Shown here one piece after another: positions 8,986 through 19,264 of a stretch of 64,000 bases of DNA. This stretch comes from Bacteroidota bacterium (lineage in GTDB: Bacteria > Bacteroidota > Bacteroidia > NS11-12g > UBA9320), in assembly GCA_016124755.1 (NCBI GenBank), contig WGNA01000011.1, positions 246,688 through 310,687 on the forward strand. Direction: 5' to 3'. Made by a program: the position numbers and the translations under genes. The notes below the pieces were generated by a model. That model was given only the letters and a program-made list of their open reading frames with translations. It searched no databases and had not been told where the DNA came from. Each line of letters starts with the position of its first letter. Within the stretch, counting starts at the first letter, position 1.

Positions 8986-10047
8986 TCATTCCCGCAAATA
9001 CTTCACGATCTCGTTCCTTCGTCCGGACGAACCGCCGTGCAGCACCCATTCCTTTATCCCGTTTTCGTTGTAACCAACAATTGCAGGAAAAGAATTGCCG
9101 GTGATGTTAATGGGTTCTTTATATCGGTAATACAAAAAAGGATATTGTTTTTTATTAATGTAATTGAGCAATTCATCTCTTCCGTTATTTACATTAACTA
9201 CAATAATATCTTTGGGATCCACTTCCCCTTTTTCTACCGATTCCATCAATAGATTCTTTACAATTGAACAGCCGGCACACCCGATAAAACTGTAGATCAC
9301 AACTTTTTTACCGGGTCTTAATTCTAAAGAAGTTAATGATTCGAGATCCTCAAAAAAGTTTAAGGAATCGTGCAATGTAAACGTAAGCATATTGCTTACC
9401 GGAACCGGTGTTCGGATTATCCGACTCGTAAAAAAAGAATCTGAGGGCTTGTCCTCCAGAATTTTAATATTAAAAATAGTGGAATCATACGCGTCAAATC
9501 TTTTTAGGCTAAAAATTTCGGTTACCAACGGACACACTTCGCCGGAGTCAATGGAGCAACTACTCTTAACATGTGCAAGGTTTAAACGATCATATAATTT
9601 CCATTGAAAATTGTTAGAAGTGGATGTACATTTTTGGCACTTCCAAAAAAATCCGGGGTTATTAAATTTTCGCATTAATAATGAAAATGCACTACCGGGT
9701 CTTTCTAATTCAGTCTTTTGAATTTCCTGACCAGAAGGACGGTTATAAACAACTTTATCTCCGGAGAAATGAAAAGTACCCCAGACATCCATACCGTGAT
9801 ACGATTTGAATTTAGCATCTTCAATGAACAGATACGCACTGTCTTTCTGGATTTCCCCGGTCATCTTATCATAATTTACCGAATACACCATGAGGTGTTT
9901 TCCGATAAGTGGTGCTGTTTGTTTATGAATGGATTTTTTGGATGAACTACACGACAATCCCGCCATTGCAATTATCAAACAGATAAAAATGGAGTATTTC
10001 ATGGGCAAACAAGTTAAGAGTTTAAAGCGGATATCAAATCTGTACAA
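8986..10047 (-). CDS. Thioredoxin-fold lipoprotein with a CxxC motif (CAGC). The probable start is MKYSIF at 10002.
   Basis: Lipoprotein signal IIAMAGLSCSS. The C-terminal region reads IYSFIGCAGCSIVKNLL, a thioredoxin-like CxxC. Confidence 0.45.
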   Translation of the reverse strand: MYRFDIRFKLLTCLPMKYSIFICLIIAMAGLSCSSSKKSIHKQTAPLIGKHLMVYSVNYDKMTGEIQKDSAYLFIEDAKFKSYHGMDVWGTFHFSGDKVVYNRPSGQEIQKTELERPGSAFSLLMRKFNNPGFFWKCQKCTSTSNNFQWKLYDRLNLAHVKSSCSIDSGEVCPLVTEIFSLKRFDAYDSTIFNIKILEDKPSDSFFTSRIIRTPVPVSNMLTFTLHDSLNFFEDLESLTSLELRPGKKVVIYSFIGCAGCSIVKNLLMESVEKGEVDPKDIIVVNVNNGRDELLNYINKKQYPFLYYRYKEPINITGNSFPAIVGYNENGIKEWVLHGGSSGRRNEIVKYLRE

Positions 10048-10118
10048 CCAACTCGAAATTAGTAAAAATGTGAGCAGTGTCGCATTTTTGATTTATCATA
10101 TTTTAGGTTCAGGGTGAT

Positions 10119-10424
10119 TTGAGAAAATGCTTCCCTTACCTTCGCTTCGTGTCTCAAAAGCAGGTTAAAATTATTGTAACCGGGAAAGTTCAGGGTGTGT
10201 ATTTCCGGAAGTTCACCCAGATTCAGGCAAAGACTTTAGGTGTTACCGGCTATGTGAAAAACCAAGCCGATGGAAGCGTTTTTATTTATGCATCCGGAAC
10301 GGAAGACCAATTAAAGGAACTCGAAAAATGGTGTTACAAAGGCTCTCCTTTTTCTAAAGTGGAAAAAGTGGATGTACGGGCAACACATGAACAGGAATCG
10401 CATTCCGGTTTCGAAATTTTCTGA
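10119..10424 (+). CDS. acyP: Acylphosphatase. An alternative GTG start at 10149 would give the typical ~90 aa length.
   Basis: Signature VxGxVQGVYFRKFT plus GYVKNQADGSV. Confidence 0.75.
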   Translation: MRKCFPYLRFVSQKQVKIIVTGKVQGVYFRKFTQIQAKTLGVTGYVKNQADGSVFIYASGTEDQLKELEKWCYKGSPFSKVEKVDVRATHEQESHSGFEIF

Positions 10425-10475
10425 CATCTGAAACTGTTCCCTGGACGTACTTCTGAACAAAGCATTCTTTTACCT

Positions 10476-12155
10476 TTGACACCACCAAATCAGATGAAGA
10501 AACTCACTACCGTTTTTGCTGTTGTTGCACTTTTTGCTCACAATCTCCGGGCTCAGTCAACCTATTTACCGACCGATGCCGATGGTTACCATCTGCTGGA
10601 AAGGTATATTGTTCTTCATCCCGATTCACTGCCTTTTCAAACCACCATTAAACCGTTTAACCGCGAATTGGCTAATCGCGTTGCCAATGTAATCGGTGCA
10701 AACCCGATGAATGCCCGGGACTCTTTTAATTACCGCTTTCTTAAAAAAGATAACTGGAACGTTTTGTCGAAAGACGAGCGCGCAAACTGGAAAATGAATC
10801 ATTCGAAATGGAAAGATTTTTACACCTATGAAAGCTCGTTGTTTTCTGTGGAAGAAGAAGATTTTACTTTATCTGTAAATCCTGTTTTGTGTTTTGACAT
10901 GGGATACGACAAAGATTCGTCGGAACAGGTTTTCAGAAACACACGCGGAGTGGAAGTGCGGGGCAACATTGCCGATAAAATTTCCTTTTATAGTTTCGTT
11001 AGTGAAAATCAGTTTCGGTATCCGCCGGCCTACGAAGAATGGATGAACGCCCGCAGTGTTGTGCCAGGCGCCGGATTCATTAAACCGTTTGGTTCCCGTG
11101 CGAAAGATTTTTTTGTGGCCCGCGGTTATTTTGTGGTTCGTCCGATCAAACAGATTACCATGCAGTTTGGTCACGACCGCAATTTTATCGGTAACGGATA
11201 TCGCTCCATGATTCTGAGCGATTTTTCAAAAGAGAATTTAAGCCTCAAAATCCGTTGGAAATTCTGGCGGGTTGAATACATGAATTTATTTTCACAATAC
11301 ACCGATGGCACGGGAAAAGGTTCGGTAAAGAAATATGGTGCTTTTCATTATTTAAATCTGAATGTGATTCCCGGAAAATTAGATATCGGAGCCTTTGAGC
11401 ATGTAGTTTTTGCGCGAACCGGCGGGTATGAAATAAATTACATGAACCCGATTATTTTTTATAGAGCGGTTGAACACGGTTTAAACAGTACCGACAACGC
11501 ATTGCTCGGTGGTGATTTTCGTTTTATCCCGCGAAAAGGTGTGATGGTTTACGGTCAGTTTGTGCTTGATGAATTTCACAAAAAGGAAATGTTTGCGCGG
11601 TCACACGCCTGGGTGAACAAATGGGCAAGCCAGTTTGGTGTGAAATATTTTAATGTTCTAAAAGTTCAGAATCTCGATTTGCAGGTTGAATCAAACGTGG
11701 CAAGACCTTATACGTATACGCACTTTCTGGTTTCTCAGAATTATACCAATTATAATCAGAGTCTGGCGCATCCGGTGGGGACAAATTTCCGGGAGCTGCT
11801 TGCTGTTGCGTATTATCAGATTAAACCGAGATGGAACCTTTCGGTAAAATACTTTCACATTATGCACGGAGCCGACAGCACAATCAGTGCGACCACAACA
11901 CATTTCGGAGGTGAAATTTTAAACGATTATTACAACCGCGCGAAAGACGATAATGTGAAAATCGGTAGCGGACTAAAAGAGCACATTCAGATTCTGGATC
12001 TCACTTGCAGTTACCAATTTTATCACCGCACATTTCTGGATTTCAGAATTGTTAAACAATCGAATGTGCGGCAATCTCCATTAATCAGCAATTCGAGTTT
12101 TGTTTTCTATTTGTGTTTGCGGATGAATGTGGACCGAACCAGCTTAGATTTCTAA
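10476..12155 (+). CDS. Large outer-membrane beta-barrel protein, possibly Wzi-like (capsule assembly). The family assignment is unverified.
   Basis: Signal peptide (FAVVALFAHNLRAQS), an aromatic-rich beta-strand pattern and a C-terminal ...SLDF. It sits upstream of a GT2 gene. Confidence 0.45.
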   Translation: MTPPNQMKKLTTVFAVVALFAHNLRAQSTYLPTDADGYHLLERYIVLHPDSLPFQTTIKPFNRELANRVANVIGANPMNARDSFNYRFLKKDNWNVLSKDERANWKMNHSKWKDFYTYESSLFSVEEEDFTLSVNPVLCFDMGYDKDSSEQVFRNTRGVEVRGNIADKISFYSFVSENQFRYPPAYEEWMNARSVVPGAGFIKPFGSRAKDFFVARGYFVVRPIKQITMQFGHDRNFIGNGYRSMILSDFSKENLSLKIRWKFWRVEYMNLFSQYTDGTGKGSVKKYGAFHYLNLNVIPGKLDIGAFEHVVFARTGGYEINYMNPIIFYRAVEHGLNSTDNALLGGDFRFIPRKGVMVYGQFVLDEFHKKEMFARSHAWVNKWASQFGVKYFNVLKVQNLDLQVESNVARPYTYTHFLVSQNYTNYNQSLAHPVGTNFRELLAVAYYQIKPRWNLSVKYFHIMHGADSTISATTTHFGGEILNDYYNRAKDDNVKIGSGLKEHIQILDLTCSYQFYHRTFLDFRIVKQSNVRQSPLISNSSFVFYLCLRMNVDRTSLDF

Positions 12156-12182
12156 GACCATTAAATTGCCGTTCTTTGAAGC

Positions 12183-13109
12183 ATGATTTCCGTTGTAATT
12201 CCGGTATACAATGAAGCCCCGAACCTGCCAGTTTTGTACGAACGGCTGGTAAAGGTTTTAGATAAACTCAATCAATCCCGTGAATTCATTTTTGTGAACG
12301 ACGGAAGTCACGACCAGAGTGAAGAAGTTCTTCGCGAGCTCGCCAAAAAGAATCCGGAAGTGCGGTTCATTAATTTCAGCCGCAACTTCGGACATCAGAT
12401 AGCCGTGAGCGCCGGACTCGATCACACAAAGGGAGACAAAGTCGTAATTATCGATGCCGATGGTCAGGATCCGCCCGAGTTAATCGAACAACTTTACCTC
12501 AGAAGTCTCGACGGTTTCGAAGTTGTGTACGCCCAACGTGTTAGCCGCAAAGGAGAAAGCTGGATGAAGAAGGCGACCGCAAAATGGTTTTACCGCATCT
12601 TAAAGCGCATCACGCAAATTCCGATTCCGGTCGATACCGGCGATTTTAGAATAATCGACAAAAAGGTAGTTGAACAGTTGAGACAAATGCCCGAGCGACA
12701 AAAATTTCTGCGCGGACAAATTGCCTGGATCGGGTTTCATCAGACTTATGTTAACTACGAACGCGACGAACGGCTGTATGGAAAAACCGGTTACAGTTAT
12801 CGCAAAATGATCCGGTTTGCGTTAGACGGAATTACATCTTTCAGTAACTGGCCGCTTCGGCTGGCAACTATTTCCGGATTTGTCTTCGCGTTTATCGGTT
12901 TTATTCTAATTCTCTACACGCTGTATTCGCGGTTCTGGATTAAAAATTACGAACCGGGCTGGGCTTCCGAAATGCTCACCATTTTATTTTTGGGTGGCAT
13001 TCAATTAATTGGAATAGGCATAATCGGGGAATATATCAGCCGCATGAATGATAACATTCGGAGCCGTCCTTTGTATATAATAAAAGATACGAACATCAAA
13101 GGAAATTAA
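12183..13109 (+). CDS. GT2 polyprenyl-phosphate glycosyltransferase (GtrB/ArnC-like, bactoprenol glucosyl/mannosyl transferase).
   Basis: VVIPVYNE...FVNDGSHD...DADGQDPPE motifs and two C-terminal TM helices. Confidence 0.85.
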   Translation: MISVVIPVYNEAPNLPVLYERLVKVLDKLNQSREFIFVNDGSHDQSEEVLRELAKKNPEVRFINFSRNFGHQIAVSAGLDHTKGDKVVIIDADGQDPPELIEQLYLRSLDGFEVVYAQRVSRKGESWMKKATAKWFYRILKRITQIPIPVDTGDFRIIDKKVVEQLRQMPERQKFLRGQIAWIGFHQTYVNYERDERLYGKTGYSYRKMIRFALDGITSFSNWPLRLATISGFVFAFIGFILILYTLYSRFWIKNYEPGWASEMLTILFLGGIQLIGIGIIGEYISRMNDNIRSRPLYIIKDTNIKGN

Positions 13110-13110
13110 C

Positions 13111-13695
13111 ATGCACCAGATCGAACCACATTATTTATGGAGGCATCTGTATAAAGCGAGCAAAGACCCGAATTCTCCTTTTTACCGAACCGAACATTCG
13201 CAGTTTGAATACACCAACCGCATTTATAATTACGCCATTCATCCGCAATGGGATTATTTCGGTAGCGAAACACTTTTAATGAAAGTGCTTTTTGTGGATT
13301 ACGATGAAGGATATGCCATAATTGAAATGATCGGCGAGTGGAACGACTGTCTGCACAACGACATTATGACGCTGAAGCGGGAAATTGTTGACGACATGAT
13401 CGATCACGGAATCGACAAGTTTGTTTTTCTGTGCGAGAACATTCTCAATTTTCACGGCAGCGACGATTCGTATTATCAGGAGTGGTGGGAAGATGTTCCG
13501 GGAGGTTGGGTAGCTTTTCTGCATTTGCGCGATCACATTATCAATGAAATGGAATCGATCGGAATTCACAATTATATTTCGGTGGAAGAAGACGATGAAA
13601 CTACCTGGTCTTGGAAAACCAACAAGCCCGAGCATCTGTTTCAGGCGGTGAATAAAATGATGCGGCGTTATTTGGATAATGCACCGGAGGTTTAA
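13111..13695 (+). CDS. Conserved hypothetical protein (Trp/acidic-rich).
   Basis: ORF tightly coupled between the GT2 gene and rsmA. No motif recognised. Confidence 0.4.
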   Translation: MHQIEPHYLWRHLYKASKDPNSPFYRTEHSQFEYTNRIYNYAIHPQWDYFGSETLLMKVLFVDYDEGYAIIEMIGEWNDCLHNDIMTLKREIVDDMIDHGIDKFVFLCENILNFHGSDDSYYQEWWEDVPGGWVAFLHLRDHIINEMESIGIHNYISVEEDDETTWSWKTNKPEHLFQAVNKMMRRYLDNAPEV

Positions 13696-13704
13696 TTACT
13701 TTTA

Positions 13705-14466
13705 ATGGTAAGACCTAAAAAACATCTCGGACAACATTTTCTGCGCGACGAAAATATAGCCCGGAAAACGGCCGATATTGTCGATCGTACCGAACTTAAA
13801 AATTGGTTGGAAATTGGTCCGGGTACCGGTGTGTTAACCCAATTTTTATTAACTAAAGACATTGATCTTGAGGTTGCAGAAATTGATACGGAATCGGTGG
13901 TTTATCTGAAAAAACATTATCCGGATCTGGTGATTCATGAAGGGGATTTTTTAGAAATGGATACTTCCAACTGGCCTGATGAATTGGGCGTAATTGGTAA
14001 TTTTCCATATAACATTTCATCCCAGATTGTATTTAAAATATTAGAACATACCGATCGCATTCCGGTCTTTGCTGGCATGTTTCAATTGGAAGTAGCCCAA
14101 CGTCTGGCGGCGAATCCGGGCAATAAAACCTATGGAATTCTTTCCGTTCTCACTCAGGCTTTTTACGATGTGAAAGTGGAATTTAAAATTGCACCCGGCG
14201 CTTTTTTTCCGCCGCCAAAAGTACAGTCGGCGGTGATAACGGCCATACGCCACAACCGGCCATTGAATGCAGATCGAACGTTGTTTTTTGATGTGGTAAA
14301 AACCGCTTTTCAACAGAGACGAAAGATGCTGAGCAATGCTTTGCAGAAATTTAACCTCGATTCCGGTCATCCCGAACTCAAGCATTTCCTTAAATTGCGC
14401 GCTGAAAACCTCGGTGTGGAGGATTTCGCAAAACTTACGGATTGGATACGGAAAAACACGGGTTAA
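13705..14466 (+). CDS. rsmA: 16S rRNA (adenine1518/1519-N6)-dimethyltransferase RsmA/KsgA.
   Basis: N-terminus PKKHLGQHFLRDENI, SAM motif EIGPGTGVLT and the NFPYNISS motif. Confidence 0.9.
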   Translation: MVRPKKHLGQHFLRDENIARKTADIVDRTELKNWLEIGPGTGVLTQFLLTKDIDLEVAEIDTESVVYLKKHYPDLVIHEGDFLEMDTSNWPDELGVIGNFPYNISSQIVFKILEHTDRIPVFAGMFQLEVAQRLAANPGNKTYGILSVLTQAFYDVKVEFKIAPGAFFPPPKVQSAVITAIRHNRPLNADRTLFFDVVKTAFQQRRKMLSNALQKFNLDSGHPELKHFLKLRAENLGVEDFAKLTDWIRKNTG

Positions 14467-14469
14467 AAA

Positions 14470-15822
14470 ATGGAGAAGTTCCAGATCACGAAGGAATTTT
14501 CAGAAGACATTCTTTCCCTGATTCAGGAAAGAAGAGGTGATGAACTCGTACCTGTTCTCAACAGGTTACACGCTCCCGATATAGCTGAACTTATTGAAGA
14601 TTACGACCTGGAAGAGGCCGTGTATCTCACATCGTTGCTGGAAACGCCCAAAAAGGTGGAAGTGCTGGCAGAGCTCGAACCGGAGGCGCGCCAGAATTAT
14701 CTCGACGGTTTTAATTCGGAACAGATCGCAGTTGATTTTATCTCGAACATGGATTCGGATGACGCAGCCGATTTGCTCAACGAATTTGAACCGGAACGAA
14801 CTTCTGAGATTCTTTCCAAAATGCCGGATCACGCGTATTCCATGTCGCTTGCTACCCTTTTGCGATATCCGGAAGATGCAGCCGGCGGACTTATGGCGAG
14901 CGAGCTTATCAAAGTGAACATCAATTGGGATGTTGCTCAATGCACAGCGGAAATTAGGAAACAGGCAGAAGAAGTAAGCAAGGTTTTTACGGTTTATGTG
15001 GTCGACGACGACGACATATTACTGGGAATTGTTTCATTAAAAAAGATCATTCTGGCGAAGGCTAATTCCCGGGTTTCGGAGATTTATGAATCAAATTTCG
15101 TTTCCGAAAATGTGTATGCTCCCGGGGAAAAGGTCGCGAGCACAATGAATAAATACGACCTGGTTTCACTTCCGATTGTAGACGCTCTCGGTCGGCTTGT
15201 GGGGCGAATAACCATCGACGACGTGATGGATTTCGTGAAAGAAGAAGCCGACAAGGATTACCAGCTGCTTTCCGGAATCAGTGAAAATGTTGAGGTGAGC
15301 GACCGCATCTGGGTTTTGTCGAGAGCGCGTCTTCCCTGGCTAATCATCGGTTTGTTCGGCGGTGTGATGAGTTCGTTGGTAATCGGAGGTTTCGAGGGAG
15401 AGATTTCCAGAAATGTGAGCCTCGCTTTTTTTATGCCGTTAGTAATGGCAATGGGCGGAAATGCAGGTGTTCAATCGAGTGCAATCGTGGTTCAGGGTCT
15501 GGCGAATAACACATTAGGCCACATCACAATTTTACCGCGACTCGGAAAGGAATTTATGGTTGCTTTGATAAATGCATTGGTCTGCGCTTCCATTGTTTTG
15601 ATATACGGACTGGTTTCTAAAGTGGGATACGACATTACGATTGTGGTTTGCATTTCGATGTTGTCGGCTATCATTTTCGCGTCGCTGATGGGTTCGTTAA
15701 TTCCGATAATGTTAAATACCTTCGGAATCGATCCCGCGCTGGCAACAGGGCCTTTTATCACGACCAGCAACGACCTTTTAGGATTGTTCATTTATTTCTT
15801 TACCGGACATGCCATACTCTGA
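14470..15822 (+). CDS. mgtE: Magnesium transporter MgtE.
   Basis: MgtE N-domain, tandem CBS region (ITIDDVMDFV) and a C-terminal 5-TM MgtE domain with GGNAGVQSS. Confidence 0.9.
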   Translation: MEKFQITKEFSEDILSLIQERRGDELVPVLNRLHAPDIAELIEDYDLEEAVYLTSLLETPKKVEVLAELEPEARQNYLDGFNSEQIAVDFISNMDSDDAADLLNEFEPERTSEILSKMPDHAYSMSLATLLRYPEDAAGGLMASELIKVNINWDVAQCTAEIRKQAEEVSKVFTVYVVDDDDILLGIVSLKKIILAKANSRVSEIYESNFVSENVYAPGEKVASTMNKYDLVSLPIVDALGRLVGRITIDDVMDFVKEEADKDYQLLSGISENVEVSDRIWVLSRARLPWLIIGLFGGVMSSLVIGGFEGEISRNVSLAFFMPLVMAMGGNAGVQSSAIVVQGLANNTLGHITILPRLGKEFMVALINALVCASIVLIYGLVSKVGYDITIVVCISMLSAIIFASLMGSLIPIMLNTFGIDPALATGPFITTSNDLLGLFIYFFTGHAIL

Positions 15823-16819
15823 AAGTCCGGAGATAACATCGCTAATTAATGGAATCAGGATCGGGAACCGCGCGTCTCTGGCCAAAGCTATTACACTGGT
15901 TGAAAGTGATTCTGAAAAACACATTGCCAAAGCCGCCGAATTATTGGAAAGATGTCTGCCTTATACCGGAAAATCAATACGCATCGGAATTACCGGTTCG
16001 CCGGGAGCCGGCAAGAGCACATTTATTAATGCGTTCGGAAAACACCTGATCGATAAACATAATAAAAGGGTCGCGGTGTTGGCAGTTGATCCCTCGAGCC
16101 GACTCAGCGGCGGAAGTATTTTAGGCGATAAAACCCGAATGCCGGAATTGGCGGTTGACGAAGATGCTTTTATCAGGCCGTCTCCCAGTCGGGGGGATCT
16201 GGGCGGGGTGGCTGCCCGAACCCGCGAATCCGTTTTGTTGTGTGAAGCGGCAGGTTACGACGTGATCTTAGTGGAAACTGTCGGGGTGGGGCAAAGTGAA
16301 ACGGCGGTTCACGAAATGGTGGATTTTTTTCTGTTGATTTTACTACCCGGTTCGGGAGACGATTTACAGGGAATAAAAAAAGGAATTATGGAAATGACCG
16401 ATTTGGTTGTGGTAAATAAAGCGGATGGCGACATGCTGAAAAAAGCCGGAGAATCTCAATCGTTTTACCGGCAGGCATTAATGCTGATGCACTCTCGCAG
16501 ATCGAATTGGTCAACTCCGGTTCTGTTGGCGTCTTCAACCGAAAATTCCGGGATGGAAGAAATCTGGAAAACCATAACCGAATTTGTATCCGTACAAAAA
16601 GAATCGTCCGCCTGGGATGAAAATCGCAGTCTTCAAAACATCACCTGGTTCGACCGCCATCTTGAAGAGGCCGTTGGGAGATATGTGAAGCGATCCGAAA
16701 AAGTGCGCTTACTTCGGGAAGCACTACTCCCCGAATTGCGAACCGGAAAAATTCACCCGTTGAATGCCGCGGAGGATGTTATGAAGAGGGTTTTGGGGGA
16801 GTGGGAGAAGGAGCAGTAA
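15809..16819 (+). CDS. meaB: Methylmalonyl-CoA mutase-associated GTPase MeaB (ArgK).
   Basis: P-loop GITGSPGAGKSTF, switch VETVGVGQSE and NKADG. No mutase gene lies adjacent. Confidence 0.85.
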   Translation: MPYSESPEITSLINGIRIGNRASLAKAITLVESDSEKHIAKAAELLERCLPYTGKSIRIGITGSPGAGKSTFINAFGKHLIDKHNKRVAVLAVDPSSRLSGGSILGDKTRMPELAVDEDAFIRPSPSRGDLGGVAARTRESVLLCEAAGYDVILVETVGVGQSETAVHEMVDFFLLILLPGSGDDLQGIKKGIMEMTDLVVVNKADGDMLKKAGESQSFYRQALMLMHSRRSNWSTPVLLASSTENSGMEEIWKTITEFVSVQKESSAWDENRSLQNITWFDRHLEEAVGRYVKRSEKVRLLREALLPELRTGKIHPLNAAEDVMKRVLGEWEKEQ

Positions 16820-17200
16820 CTGTAACTGTAACAGTAGCGAGAGCTAAAGAGAAAGAGCCGGAGAGACGCTGAATAATAGAAATTCTGAGCGTGCGAAGAA
16901 TCCCTTTTATCTGAATCGAACTACGTCATTCTGAGCGAAGCGAAGAAACTGTAGAAGTTCCTGCATTTTTACTGTTCAGTTGCTTCACTTTGCAAAACTT
17001 GATCTGAGACCGTTACCGTTACCGTTACTGTTTCCGTTTCTTCGCTTCGCTCAGAATGACGGCGGCTTTTTGGGGAAATCGGGGATTCTTCGCGAGCTAA
17101 GAATTTTAATCGCTCTCCCGCTCTTTTGCTCTGTGGCTCTTGTTACTGTTACCGTTACTGTTACCGTTACCGTTACACACCCCGTTTCCAATACCTTTGC
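16812..17200. repeat. Two inverted copies of a ~185-bp composite element. It consists of (GTAACN)n hexamers, an AGAGCGAAAGAGC-type purine tract, an AATTCTGAGC..GCGAAGAATCCC hairpin and GTCATTCTGAGCGAAGCGAAGAAAC. Together they form a ~390-bp imperfect palindrome centred near 16975.
   Basis: The reverse complement of 17010-17200 aligns with 16812-16960. A third copy lies at 32455-32650. Confidence 0.75.
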
Positions 17201-17207
17201 TCCCAAT

Positions 17208-17801
17208 ATGAAAGACGTTGCCGACTCGGATCTTTTATTTGAACAAGCCTGCAGGGAACAAGACAGCATTCTGCTTTCGGGATATCATAAAAAATATGGA
17301 ATCGGATTTTTTGCCAAACGCAAATTGCGGAAGACCATCAAAAAATTCAATCAATGTTTGGAGCAATCGCCCGGAGATACCGAAATTTTATTACGTCTTG
17401 CCAAATCAGAATCGCGATTGAAAAGATATAAAGATGCACTAAAACGAATGGAATTTGCAGTTAGGGTTGAACCGGAAAATTACGATATACAAATGCTTTT
17501 ATCGCAATTGTATATGCAATTAAAACAAACCGAAAAGGGAGTTGAACATTCTCGTATGGCGGTGCAATTGGCTCCGGATGATCTGGCAATTTTACAGGAA
17601 CATGCGCTGCATTTATTGGTTGCCGGCGACGATGAAGGTGCTAAAGAAATAATGACCAGAGCACATCAATTAGATCCGGAAAATGATTTCACTAAAGTTG
17701 TAATTAAAGTAATAAACCGTGTGGTTAATGAAGTGATTTATCGTCCGACTTACGACGAATTGCTGAACGTACGGCAGTTGAGCGCGTTCGGGTTTATTTA
17801 A
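17208..17801 (+). CDS. TPR-like helical repeat protein. The ORF-track start at 16980 is an artefact of translating the repeat element (VTVTVT).
   Basis: First in-frame ATG after the repeat is at 17208 (MKDVADSD). Helical Leu/Ala-rich repeats follow. Confidence 0.45.
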   Translation: MKDVADSDLLFEQACREQDSILLSGYHKKYGIGFFAKRKLRKTIKKFNQCLEQSPGDTEILLRLAKSESRLKRYKDALKRMEFAVRVEPENYDIQMLLSQLYMQLKQTEKGVEHSRMAVQLAPDDLAILQEHALHLLVAGDDEGAKEIMTRAHQLDPENDFTKVVIKVINRVVNEVIYRPTYDELLNVRQLSAFGFI

Positions 17802-18083
17802 TGAACGTTTAAATTCCCGAAATGTAAATCGTCCAGAACAGATTGAAAAGAATTAAAAAGGTGTATTGATGAGTTTTTGAACTTTCAAGGCAAGTGCGGA
17901 AAAAATTTCCATCACTAAAAATTCTATTTTTCTATCAACCGGGTTCGGGAACTAAATTACAATGCATTTAATGCGAGTCTCAGTTTTATTCATAAATCCC
18001 GGTACTCCGTATCAGCGGGTGCGATCTGGAATTGGCGCATCGATCCTCAGCGACCGGCCGATATGGATTTGTCGGATAGATGA

Positions 18084-18419
18084 ACCTGGAGCTACCCGTA
18101 CGAAGCGATTAGCGGGTATTACCTCGCCATGGGCACAATTTACCCGATACGAAAAAGCAGGTTGCATGTATCTGTTGGTGCGGGTCCGGGTGAGATCACG
18201 TATCCCGTCCACTATCATTGGGAACAAGGTGTTTATTACAACTCCCATTATTATACAGTCACAAATAAAGTTACCCGGGAGTTTAATATACTCTTGCAAA
18301 CGTGTTGGGAATTCCCGGTTTTTAAAGCGTTCGGAATGTACGCTCATGCAACGGCTTATGGCAACAAACATGCGGTTTCGGTTAATGCGGGAGTCGGCTG
18401 CATGATCGGGAAACTATAG
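18084..18419 (+). pseudogene. Possible remnant of an outer-membrane beta-barrel gene.
   Basis: The frame opens without a start codon at 18084 (TWSYPYEAISGYYLAMGT...). It has an aromatic-alternating strand pattern and ends ...AGVGCMIGKL. Incoherent overlapping ORFs cover the region on both strands. Confidence 0.2.
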
Positions 18420-18499
18420 AATTTGGATGTATTCAGGAGTATTTTTAATTCTGCTCATGCAAAAAATCATAAATTGGCGAATGATTATTTGAGTCAGCC

Positions 18500-19264
18500 A
18501 TGGAAGAATTAGACAGCAGCGAACTGGAATTTGAAGTAGGTATTTTAGATAATTCTGTGCGGGCAAGGCATGCTATTAATGCTTTACTCGCAAACGGAGT
18601 CTCTTTGATTTATCTAATTTTTGTGAATTTGTATTCAATCCGGTTGATGAAAATCGGCGGTGTTTCCATCGATTTTTCAGGTGGGTTGTCGTATTACCAT
18701 TCTGATCGCATTAAACTGCTTTTGCTATTCGGATATGTGGCTCTGCTTATATCCACGGTTTTGTGTGCCATTTTCTTTTTACGGTGGTTCAGACGATCGT
18801 ATGCAAATCTTGAAAGATTAAAAATTTCGGTTAACGAGAATAATGCCATGGCTATCTGGTGGTTTGTAATACCGATTGCGAATCTTTTCAAACCTTTTAT
18901 GTTGGCTAAAGAAATCTGGAGAAAAATGACGAAAAGCCTTGAACAGACTTTTGAAGATCAACGGTTTGAGGAATCGGCGGATTTTATTTTAATATGGTGG
19001 CTTGCTTTTATTAGTGCAAGCATTACAGGTAACCGGTTTTTAGAAGAATATCTGCAACAAAATTTTGGATCGGCTTCACTTACCTTCTCCACACAACTCG
19101 ATATTTTTCAGGAAGGCATGTATTTGATTGCTGCGTTGTTGGCGGTTCGTTTTATCCGTAAAATGGCGGAACGAGAAAAGATGATCAGTGACACATTGCC
19201 TCAACTTCGAGCAAGTTATGCGGTACGCGAAAAGCCCGGTTTGAAGCGCGAAAGGAAGAATTAA
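18500..19264 (+). CDS. Integral membrane protein, DUF4328-like.
   Basis: Motif AIWWFVIPIANLFKPFMLAKEIW and several TM helices. The family was recalled from memory, not searched. Confidence 0.45.
   Translation: MEELDSSELEFEVGILDNSVRARHAINALLANGVSLIYLIFVNLYSIRLMKIGGVSIDFSGGLSYYHSDRIKLLLLFGYVALLISTVLCAIFFLRWFRRSYANLERLKISVNENNAMAIWWFVIPIANLFKPFMLAKEIWRKMTKSLEQTFEDQRFEESADFILIWWLAFISASITGNRFLEEYLQQNFGSASLTFSTQLDIFQEGMYLIAALLAVRFIRKMAEREKMISDTLPQLRASYAVREKPGLKRERKN

Noticed and set aside
9037-10117. Small plus-strand ORFs 9037..9252, 9392..9607, 9718..9945 and 9929..10117
   Set aside because: Antisense to the 353-aa CxxC lipoprotein gene. No independent coding features.
16980-17207. N-terminal 76 aa of ORF 16980..17801, and ORF 17051..17269
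   Set aside because: These are translations of the palindromic repeat element (VTVTVTVT). The real gene most likely starts at ATG 17208.
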